From: Ramlibacter sp.
GTDB lineage: Bacteria > Pseudomonadota > Gammaproteobacteria > Burkholderiales > Burkholderiaceae_C
Direction: 5' to 3'
Assembly (NCBI GenBank): GCA_035526975.1
Contig: DATLBJ010000218.1
Location: 25,612 to 89,611, forward strand
DNA: 64,000 nucleotides
The position numbers and the translations under genes are program-made. This document shows, piece after piece, positions 56,364 through 64,000 of this stretch (position 1 is the first letter of the stretch; each line of letters starts with the position of its first letter). The notes beneath the pieces are model-generated. The model did not search any database, was not told where the DNA came from, and was given only the letters and a program-made list of their open reading frames with translations.

Positions 56364-58018
56364 CGCTTCGCGTCGATCGCCGATGCGAGCCGCGTTTCCA
56401 CGGGCAAGGGCTCGCCGTGCAGGCGTGCCGCGATCAATTCCGCGGCGAGCACGCAGAACGTCAATCCCCGCGACCCCATCGCAGTTGTCACCCAGAGGTG
56501 CGATTCGACTTCGCCCACCAGCGGTCGCCGGTCGCGCGACGTGCAGCGCACGCCGGCCCACGCGCGCATCGGCTGGGCATGCACTTGCGATGCGACATCG
56601 GGCAGGAGCGAGTGCAGGCGATCGATGTTCGCCCGTGTGTCTTCGTCGCGCACGGATGCATCCGCATCGTCGCGGCCGTAGGTCGATCCGCAGAACCACG
56701 CAGGGCCCCCGTCGCCCATCGGCACCCGGGGGATGAAGTGGCCGTTGCCGTTCACCGCATGCGTCGGCGCCTGCAAGCTCGCAGCGTGCGAGCCCCATGC
56801 GATTTGTCCGCGCACGGCGTGCAGTTCCAATCGATCACCGAGAAGCGCTCCGGATTCATGTGCCGCAGCGACGACGACCAGCTTGCCCCGATAGGACTCG
56901 AGGGAGCTCACGCGCGTTGACCCTTGCCATTCGATGCCGGGTTGGGCGAGCCAGGCCTGCACGAGCGCCGCCGGCTTGATCCACCCCGCATGCTCGTGCC
57001 ACTCGTTTTCATGGCCGATGCGCATCACGCCCGTCTCGCGCCATTCCCCACCTCGCAGGGATTCGCGCGCCTGCTGCATCGTCATTCGCACACCGGCGCG
57101 TGAGAGGCGCGAAAGCAGGTTGTCATCGGGCGAGGCGTGCGGCGCAAGCAGGCCCACGGGCAAGCCCGATGCACCGGCTGCAGGTGCCTGGGCAGCGTCT
57201 ACCACCGTTACACGCCAGCCCCGCCGCGCAAGGCTGGCCGCAACTGCCGCCCCGGCGAGCCCCGCACCGACGACGATGGCGTCCGCAGCGTCGGTGACGC
57301 GCTCGTCGCGCAAGCCTTTGGGTGTCCAATGCGGGTCGAAGACCGCGCGAGTGCAATGGCGCTTCGGTGGCAGGCCATCGGCCTTCTCCACGATGAATCC
57401 GCACGACTGCAGCGCGCGCCTCACTTCCCCGGCAGCGGTCCACGTGGCGAGGCGCGTTCCACGGTGGCAATGCCGAGCCACCGCCTTCATCGTGTGTGGG
57501 TGCCAGATCTCAGGGTTGCGTTGCGGATCGAAGCCATCGAGGAAAACCGAATCGGCCGTGAACGGTTCGCTGCGCAGCATCTCGCGCGCGTCGCGCACGT
57601 GCAGCGTCAGGAGCACACGGCCCTTTTCGAAAGAAAGCCGATGCACCCCAGGCGTCATGTCGAACCACTGCGTTGCCAGCTCGCGCGCCAGCGGCAAAAG
57701 TTCGCCGTACGCACTCGCGCTGCGAACCAGGTCGTCCGAAGAGACCGGCCACGCTTCGACCGACACGAAATGCAGCATGTGCGGCCGCTGCGGATCGTCT
57801 TTCCATGCGCGCCACACGGCCAGGAAGTTCAGCCCAAGCCCGAAGCCGGTCTCCAGGACGCGCCATTGCGCGCGGCCCGCCCACGCTGCAGGCAAGTCGC
57901 ATCCGTGCAGGAACACGTGCCGGGACTGTTCGAGCCCGCCCGATGCGGAGCGGTAGATGTCGTCGAAACGCGCGCTGCGCGGCGTGCCGTCAGGCTGCCA
58001 CTCGACGCGTTCGGGCAT
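56360..58018 (-). CDS. mnmC: Bifunctional tRNA mnm5s2U34 biosynthesis enzyme
   Basis: FDDIY, ETGFGLGLNF, FLDGF methyltransferase domain plus GAGLAG FAD domain and GSRGL. Confidence 0.9.
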   Translation of the reverse strand: MPERVEWQPDGTPRSARFDDIYRSASGGLEQSRHVFLHGCDLPAAWAGRAQWRVLETGFGLGLNFLAVWRAWKDDPQRPHMLHFVSVEAWPVSSDDLVRSASAYGELLPLARELATQWFDMTPGVHRLSFEKGRVLLTLHVRDAREMLRSEPFTADSVFLDGFDPQRNPEIWHPHTMKAVARHCHRGTRLATWTAAGEVRRALQSCGFIVEKADGLPPKRHCTRAVFDPHWTPKGLRDERVTDAADAIVVGAGLAGAAVAASLARRGWRVTVVDAAQAPAAGASGLPVGLLAPHASPDDNLLSRLSRAGVRMTMQQARESLRGGEWRETGVMRIGHENEWHEHAGWIKPAALVQAWLAQPGIEWQGSTRVSSLESYRGKLVVVAAAHESGALLGDRLELHAVRGQIAWGSHAASLQAPTHAVNGNGHFIPRVPMGDGGPAWFCGSTYGRDDADASVRDEDTRANIDRLHSLLPDVASQVHAQPMRAWAGVRCTSRDRRPLVGEVESHLWVTTAMGSRGLTFCVLAAELIAARLHGEPLPVETRLASAIDAKR

Positions 58019-58021
58019 GCC

Positions 58022-58294
58022 TCACTCTTTGGGAGGCACGTAGCCTTGCGCCACGTCGGCACCGCCGCCGAAGAAGTGCGCTTCCATCTGGCGGCGCAAG
58101 TAGTCTCGCGCGCGTTGGTCGGCGAGATTCAGGCGGTTTTCGTTCACCAGCATCGTCTGCTGGCGGAGCCACTGCTGCCAGGCTTCCTTGCTCACGCTGT
58201 CGTAGAGGCGCTTGCCCAGTTCGCCAGGGTACGGCGGAAAGTCCAGCCCTTCGGCTTCCTTGCCGAGCTTGACGCATTGGACGGTACGGGCCAT
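58022..58294 (-). CDS. yggX: Fe(II)-trafficking/oxidative damage protection protein
   Basis: [27 protein letters not shown]...QTMLVNE. Confidence 0.93.
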   Translation of the reverse strand: MARTVQCVKLGKEAEGLDFPPYPGELGKRLYDSVSKEAWQQWLRQQTMLVNENRLNLADQRARDYLRRQMEAHFFGGGADVAQGYVPPKE

Positions 58295-58395
58295 GGGAAA
58301 CCTCTTCGATGCGGATTAGCTTATTGGGATAAACAACCAAGAACTCTGTCGTTCGTATTGCGGGCACTGCACTGAACAATCCGCCCCATCGCAAC

Positions 58396-59436
58396 ATGGA
58401 GCACGCAGTGAGCACCCGTCGAGACTTTATCAAGATTCCCCTGGCCGCCGCCGCTTCGGCGGGCCTTGCCAGCACCGCGGCGCCGGTTTTCGCGCAAAAG
58501 GCGCCCGTGGCGCTGCTCAACGTTTCCTACGACCCGACGCGCGAACTCTACGTGGAGTTCAATGCGGCGTTCGCGAAGTACTGGAAGGGCAGGAGCGGCC
58601 AGGACGTGACCGTGAAGCAGTCGCACGGCGGGTCGGGCAAGCAGGCGCGCTCGATCATCGACGGGCTCGACGCCGATGTCGCAACGCTCGGCCTGGCCGG
58701 CGACACCGATGCGCTGGTGAAGAACGGCGGCTGGGTCGCGCCCGATTGGCAGAAGCGCCTGCCCCACAACTCGTCGCCCTACCAGTCGACGATCGTGCTG
58801 GTGGTTCGCAAGGGCAACCCGAAGGGCATCAAGGACTGGGACGATCTCGCAAAGCCGGGAGTGAGCGTGATCACGCCCAACCCGAAGACCTCGGGCGGCG
58901 CGCGATGGAACTACCTGGCAGCGTGGGAGTTCGCAAAGCGCAAATACGGCGGCGATGCCAAGGCGAAGGACTTCGTCGCGCGGCTGTTTGGCAACGTGCC
59001 GGTGCTGGACACGGGTGCGCGCGGATCGACCATCACGTTCGCGCAGCGGGCACAGGGCGATGTGCTGATCGCATGGGAGAACGAGGCGTTCCTCCTGGAC
59101 AAGGAGTTCGGCGCGAAGTTCGACGTCGTCGCACCGTCGCTGTCGATCCTGGCCGAACCCGCCGTGGCTGTCGTCGACAGGAACGTCGACCGCAAGGGCA
59201 CGCGTGAAGTCGCCACCGAGTACCTGAAGTATCTCTACACGGAGGAAGGGCAGGACATCATCGGGAAGAATTTCTACCGCCCCGCCGTGTCCGCGAAAGC
59301 GCAGGCGAAGTACGCTGCGCAGTTCCCGAAGCTCAAGCTGTTCACCATCGACGAAGCGTTCGGCGGCTGGGCGAAAGCCGACAAGGAACACTTCGCCGAC
59401 GGCGGGAGTTTCGACCAGGTGTTCGCGCGCACATGA
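58396..59436 (+). CDS. sbp: Sulfate ABC transporter substrate-binding protein
   Basis: [35 protein letters not shown] and DTGARGST motifs. Confidence 0.92.
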   Translation: MEHAVSTRRDFIKIPLAAAASAGLASTAAPVFAQKAPVALLNVSYDPTRELYVEFNAAFAKYWKGRSGQDVTVKQSHGGSGKQARSIIDGLDADVATLGLAGDTDALVKNGGWVAPDWQKRLPHNSSPYQSTIVLVVRKGNPKGIKDWDDLAKPGVSVITPNPKTSGGARWNYLAAWEFAKRKYGGDAKAKDFVARLFGNVPVLDTGARGSTITFAQRAQGDVLIAWENEAFLLDKEFGAKFDVVAPSLSILAEPAVAVVDRNVDRKGTREVATEYLKYLYTEEGQDIIGKNFYRPAVSAKAQAKYAAQFPKLKLFTIDEAFGGWAKADKEHFADGGSFDQVFART

Positions 59437-59447
59437 AGCGCCGGCGC

Positions 59448-59470
59448 CCCCGGCCTTCGCCGGGGTGACA
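59448..59470. repeat. Palindromic repeat copy
   Basis: CCCCGGCCTTCGCCGGGGTGACA between the convergent sbp and azoR genes. Confidence 0.72.
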
Positions 59471-59474
59471 CCGT

Positions 59475-60125
59475 TCAGGCCGCGAGGGCAGCCTCTTCTT
59501 CGTTCGCCGCTTCGATCACGGCGCTCCTGATGGCCACTTCGGCCAGCTCGAGCGCCTTCTTCTTCGCTTCTTCGCCCATTGCCAGGCCTTCGGCGCGCAC
59601 GAAACGAATATCTGTCACACCGAAGAAGCCGAACACCGTCTTGAGGTAGCTCTCCTGGTGTTCCATCGCTTCCATCATCGGGTTGCCCGCGTACATGCCG
59701 CCGCGCGTCGACGCGACGATCACCGTCTTGCCACCCGCCAGGCCGACCGGGCCCTTCTCGGTGTACTTGAACGTGCGGCCGGCCTGGGCCACGCGGTCGA
59801 TCCACGCCTTCAGCTGCGTCGGGATCGAGAAGTTGTACAGCGGTGCGCCGACGACGATCACGTCCGCGGCGAGGAACTGGGCGACGAGGCGCTCGGAGAC
59901 TTCGTTCTCCTTGCGCTGGACTTGGCTCATGCCTTCTGCGTTGGCGCCGAGGCGAAACCCCAGCGAATCGGCGCTGAGGTGGGTCGGGGCGTCCAGGGCC
60001 AGGTCAAGGTGTTCGACCTTCGTGTGCGGATGAGCAGCTTTCCACTGAGCGACCACACGGCGCGTCAGTTCGCGCGACACGGAATTGCCGCCAAGGGCGC
60101 TGGAATCGATGTGAAGCAGTTTCAT
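59475..60125 (-). CDS. azoR: FMN-dependent NADH-azoreductase
   Basis: [29 protein letters not shown] and TRGG motifs. Confidence 0.92.
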   Translation of the reverse strand: MKLLHIDSSALGGNSVSRELTRRVVAQWKAAHPHTKVEHLDLALDAPTHLSADSLGFRLGANAEGMSQVQRKENEVSERLVAQFLAADVIVVGAPLYNFSIPTQLKAWIDRVAQAGRTFKYTEKGPVGLAGGKTVIVASTRGGMYAGNPMMEAMEHQESYLKTVFGFFGVTDIRFVRAEGLAMGEEAKKKALELAEVAIRSAVIEAANEEEAALAA

Positions 60126-60240
60126 TCCCGTTCTCCTGTGAATTGGCTGGTTGCCATGGGAATGATTGTGATATTGGATCGATTCGTTGATAAGATGGCT
60201 GATTCACACTACATTGTCCTACCGGACAGGACAATAAACG

Positions 60241-61155
60241 ATGCAAGACCTCAACGACATGGTGTTCTTTGCCGAGGTGGTGGACCACGGCGGGTTCGCG
60301 GCGGCGGGGCGGTCCTTGGGCATTCCCAAGTCGAAACTGTCCCGGCGCGTGGCGGACCTGGAGCAGCGCCTCGGCGTGCGTTTGCTGCAGCGGACCACAC
60401 GCAAGCTTTCGCTGACCGAAGCCGGGGAGCTGTATCACAAGCATGCAGTTGCGATGCGCGAGGAGGCGGAAGCCGCGGAAGAGGCAGTTGCGATGGTGCA
60501 GAGCGAGCCGCGCGGAACGATCCACGTCACGTGCCCCATCACGCTCGCGCAGACGACGATCGCGCCCATCCTGCCTCGCTTCATCAAGGAGCACCCGCTC
60601 GTGCGTGTGCAGATGCAGCTCACGAATCGCGTCGTCGATCTGGTGAAGGAGAGCATCGACGTCGCGCTGCGCGTACGCCCGACGCTCGAGGACAGCGGCA
60701 GCCTCGTCGTGAAGAAGCTCACCGATTCGCAAGGACTGCTCGTCGTCGCGCCGTCGGTGTACGAATCGCATCCGAAGCCCCAGTCCGTCGACGACCTCGA
60801 CAAGCTGCCGTCGATCGCGATGTCCGCGGTCGATGGGCGGGCGATCTGGTACCTGCGCGGGCCGGGCGATCGCGAACACGCGTTGCACATCAAGCCCTGC
60901 TTCACCGCGGATGACCTCCTGACGCTGAAGTACACGGCCATCGAGGGAACGGGAATGACGGTGTTGCCGGACTACATGTGCCGCCGCGAGTTGCGGGACG
61001 GCCAGTTGGTCGAAGTGCTGCCGCAGTGGCGTCCGCGCCAGAGCATCGTGCATGCGGTGTTCCCGTCGCGTCGCGGCATGGTCCCCGCGGTTCGGCGCTT
61101 CCTCGATTTCCTCGGGGAGAACGTGACGGCAGAAGGCAGCAACTGCCCGGTCTAG
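60241..61155 (+). CDS. LysR family transcriptional regulator
   Basis: HTH region GGFAAAGRSLGIPKSKLSRRVADLE and RTTRKLSLTEAG; divergent from azoR. Confidence 0.93.
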   Translation: MQDLNDMVFFAEVVDHGGFAAAGRSLGIPKSKLSRRVADLEQRLGVRLLQRTTRKLSLTEAGELYHKHAVAMREEAEAAEEAVAMVQSEPRGTIHVTCPITLAQTTIAPILPRFIKEHPLVRVQMQLTNRVVDLVKESIDVALRVRPTLEDSGSLVVKKLTDSQGLLVVAPSVYESHPKPQSVDDLDKLPSIAMSAVDGRAIWYLRGPGDREHALHIKPCFTADDLLTLKYTAIEGTGMTVLPDYMCRRELRDGQLVEVLPQWRPRQSIVHAVFPSRRGMVPAVRRFLDFLGENVTAEGSNCPV

Positions 61156-62612
61156 TCGCGCGCAGCGGCAAGTGCGCGTTCGTACACTTGAACGTACTTC
61201 GACGCGCTTTCTTCCCAGCCGAAGCGCCGCGCCATGCCGCTGCGCTGGATGCGACGCCAGCGCCCGGTGTCGGCGAACGCTGTGAATGCACGGCGCACCG
61301 CATCGTCGAATGCGGCGGCGTTGATCGCCTTCATCACGAACCCACTGCCGTGTTCGCCGTCCGCATCGGCGTCGATGACCGAGTCGACGAGCCCGCCTGT
61401 GGGCGTGACGATCGGCGGCGTGCCGTAAGCCTGGCTGTACATCTGGTTCAGGCCGCACGGCTCGAATCGTGACGGCATCAGGAAGCAGTCGATGCCCGCT
61501 TCGATCATGTGCGCGAGCGGCTCATCGAAGCCGAAACTCACGCTGACCGACTTCGGGTGTTGCTGCGCTGCGCGCTGCAACGCATCGTGCAGCGCCGGCT
61601 CACCTTGTCCCAGCACGACGAGCTGCGCACCGTGCTCGATCATGCGCGGCAAAAGCCCGAGCACGAGGTCGATTCCCTTCTGCGAAGTCAGGCGGCTGAC
61701 CACGCCGAACAGCATCGCGGCGCGATCCTGCTTGAGACCGCAGCGCACCTGAAGTGCCAGCTTGTTCGCATGCTTGCCTTCGATGTCGACCGCGTTGTAT
61801 TTCCCTTTGATCAGCGGATCGAGCTGCGGATTCCACACGTTGGTGTCGATGCCGTTGAGGATGCCCGTGAGCTTGGACGACTGCGCCTGCAACACGCCAT
61901 GCAGGCCCACGCCGAACGCTTCCGTGCGAATCTCCCGTGCGTAGGTCGGGCTCACCGTCGTGATCGCATCCGCGAACTGCAGGCCGCCCTTGAGCATCGA
62001 CAGCTGTTCGTAGAACTCGATGCCATCCATGCCGCGCCATTGCCACGGCAGTTGCAGCGTATCGGCCAGCGCCATGGGAAAGATTCCCTGGAAGGCGATG
62101 TTGTGGATCGTCACCACCGTGGCCGCGCGCTCCTGCGGCGGCAGCGACGCGCGCCAATCCGCGACATACACCGGCGCGAGGCCGCACGGCCAGTCATTCG
62201 CGTGGACGACATCCGCTTGCCATCCGGGCACGGGAGTCCGCGGCATAGCGATACGCGCGGCCACGCGAGAGAGAAACGCGAAACGGAACGCGTTGTCGTG
62301 GTGGTCCTTGCCGCCCGGCGCGACATAGGGACTGCCGGGGCGGTCGTACAGTGACGCGCAAGACAGGAGGATGAGTGAAACCGTGGCGGTTCGCACCAGC
62401 ACGATCTGCGCCGCGGGCCAAGGGCCTTCTGCCGCCAGGTCGATGGTGCCTTCGACGTCGCCTTCGACCTTCATTCCGCCGTACGCCGGCATCAGTACGC
62501 GCACATCGTGGCCGAGTCGTTCAAGCGCCTGCGGCAATGCGCCGCTCACATCGCCGAGCCCGCCGGTCTTCACGAACGGCGCGCACTCCGGCGTCACGAA
62601 CAGGATCTTCAT
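61152..62612 (-). CDS. glgA: Glycogen synthase
   Basis: KTGGLGDV, HANDW, TIHN, SRLTSQKG and PSRFEPCGLNQ motifs. Confidence 0.95.
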   Translation of the reverse strand: MKILFVTPECAPFVKTGGLGDVSGALPQALERLGHDVRVLMPAYGGMKVEGDVEGTIDLAAEGPWPAAQIVLVRTATVSLILLSCASLYDRPGSPYVAPGGKDHHDNAFRFAFLSRVAARIAMPRTPVPGWQADVVHANDWPCGLAPVYVADWRASLPPQERAATVVTIHNIAFQGIFPMALADTLQLPWQWRGMDGIEFYEQLSMLKGGLQFADAITTVSPTYAREIRTEAFGVGLHGVLQAQSSKLTGILNGIDTNVWNPQLDPLIKGKYNAVDIEGKHANKLALQVRCGLKQDRAAMLFGVVSRLTSQKGIDLVLGLLPRMIEHGAQLVVLGQGEPALHDALQRAAQQHPKSVSVSFGFDEPLAHMIEAGIDCFLMPSRFEPCGLNQMYSQAYGTPPIVTPTGGLVDSVIDADADGEHGSGFVMKAINAAAFDDAVRRAFTAFADTGRWRRIQRSGMARRFGWEESASKYVQVYERALAAARD

Positions 62613-64000
62613 CGGGCTTGTCCGTCCGCGACGAGCACGGCGAAAGGCAATCCCTCCGCCCCGGCGAATACATCGCGCAAGTCGAGCGCCGGGCCGGCGC
62701 GGGACACGTCAAGTTCCTTGCCGGTCAGCCAGTTGCGCCAGCGCGAGACTCGCGAGACCGCATCCCCATCGAGATCGACTTGCGATTCGCGCCACAGATC
62801 GGCCGACCAGCGCGATTCGTCGCCGCCGCACAAGGTATACGCGAGCCGCGCAGCAATGACGACCACCGTGTCGCCCTCATGGCTGCGTGCAAACGCAACT
62901 GCGTGCTCCGATGCGGGGCCGCGCGTTGCCAGCGCCGCATATGTCCCGCATTCGAACAATTTCGGGAGAGCGCTGCGCAATTGGAGCAGGCGCCACGTGA
63001 CGAGGTGCTTGATGCGGCCATCGGCCGCCCCGCTCCACAGTTCGTGCCACTCGGGCTGACCCTTGTGAAGGGACAGGAGCTGGTGGGAGAGCTTGTGAAA
63101 GTCGACGGGGCGCCGGTTGTCGGGATCGACGAGGCTGAAATTCCATTGCTCGCTGCCCTGGTACAGATCGGGGACCCCAGGCACCGTGAACTTCAGCGCG
63201 ATCTGGGCAAGGCTGTTGCGGAATCCGAAGGGCCCAATGTGTGCCGCGAGGCGATCGAGCTCGTCGACGAACGGATTGGGCTGGCCCGATCGCAACACCG
63301 CGTCGACGAAGTGCTCCACCGCGTCTTCATATGCGGGCACCGGGCTGGTCCAGCTCGTTTCCTTCTTCGCTTCGCGGATTGCCTTGAGCATGTAGGCCTG
63401 CACGCGGTGGCGGATATCGTTTCGCTCGCGCTCGGACGGTGGTTGCACGGGCCACATCCCCGCAAGTGTCTGGAACAAGAGCCAGATGTCGTTGCGCGAC
63501 GGCGCCGGCCCGGCTTCGGTCTGCGTCACGTAGCGCTCGGCCCAGTGATGGAAGCGCTGCAGGCTTTCCTCCCACAATGCCGGATCTTCGGCGAGCACGT
63601 TGATCCGTGCGCGCAGGTCTTCCGACCGCTTGCTGTCGTGCGTCGACGTCGCCAGCATCGAATGCGGACGGAACCTCCCTCGTTGCTGGTTCGCGGCGTG
63701 GAAGGCGGCCGGCGAAATGCCGAAGGTGCGCGGGTCGCTGCCGACTTCGTTGAGCGACACGAGCCGAAGGTAGCGGTAGAACGCGGTGTCCTCGACGGCC
63801 TTGGCCATCACGGGCGCGGTGAACTGCTGCCACCGGGCGATGAAGCGCACCCGCCACTGCGGATCGGCATGCATGGCTTCGCCTTCGCCGAGCAGCACGT
63901 CGCGCAAGTGGTCGAGCACGGCGGCCTCCGCGCTGCCGAGCCGACGTTTCGCCCCGGCGATCGCCCAGTCGATGTGCTGGCGGTCGCTCGGACTTGGGGC
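62609..64000 (-). CDS. treY: Malto-oligosyltrehalose synthase, partial (5' end outside the window)
   Basis: QQFTAPVMAKAVEDTAFY, ATSTHDSKRSED, PGVPDLYQG and SLVDPDNRRPVD motifs. Confidence 0.88.
   Translation of the reverse strand, partial: APSPSDRQHIDWAIAGAKRRLGSAEAAVLDHLRDVLLGEGEAMHADPQWRVRFIARWQQFTAPVMAKAVEDTAFYRYLRLVSLNEVGSDPRTFGISPAAFHAANQQRGRFRPHSMLATSTHDSKRSEDLRARINVLAEDPALWEESLQRFHHWAERYVTQTEAGPAPSRNDIWLLFQTLAGMWPVQPPSERERNDIRHRVQAYMLKAIREAKKETSWTSPVPAYEDAVEHFVDAVLRSGQPNPFVDELDRLAAHIGPFGFRNSLAQIALKFTVPGVPDLYQGSEQWNFSLVDPDNRRPVDFHKLSHQLLSLHKGQPEWHELWSGAADGRIKHLVTWRLLQLRSALPKLFECGTYAALATRGPASEHAVAFARSHEGDTVVVIAARLAYTLCGGDESRWSADLWRESQVDLDGDAVSRVSRWRNWLTGKELDVSRAGPALDLRDVFAGAEGLPFAVLVADGQAR

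Overview
GC-rich betaproteobacterial chromosome segment; gene order and protein style suggest Comamonadaceae/Burkholderiales, which is an inference. It is almost entirely housekeeping: a NitT/TauT ABC transporter, mltD-(pseudo gloB)-yafS-rnhA, an RND pump, Moco genes (moeA-mobA-moaA), membrane and soluble pyrophosphatases, WS/DGAT, nadE-glnB, an ECF sigma operon, ilvIHC, pssA, two different leuA genes behind a Leu attenuator, pbpG, aat/bpt, tRNA-Asn, a TPP riboswitch with a TonB receptor, the cysI-H-D-N-fdx-fnr sulfate assimilation operon, mnmC, sbp, azoR, glgA and a partial treY. I see no transposase, integrase, prophage or CRISPR array. The most interesting observations are: (1) a ubiquitin-like GG-tailed protein coupled to a signal-less Asp-box beta-propeller, with no E1 or JAB partner in the window; (2) a palindromic repeat family with one MITE-like composite copy and one copy translated in-frame in the CysN N-terminus; (3) a candidate sRNA and a shared CCTACA promoter motif; (4) a decayed gloB; (5) many apparently leaderless genes. 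All product calls come from motif recognition by eye; no database searches were run.
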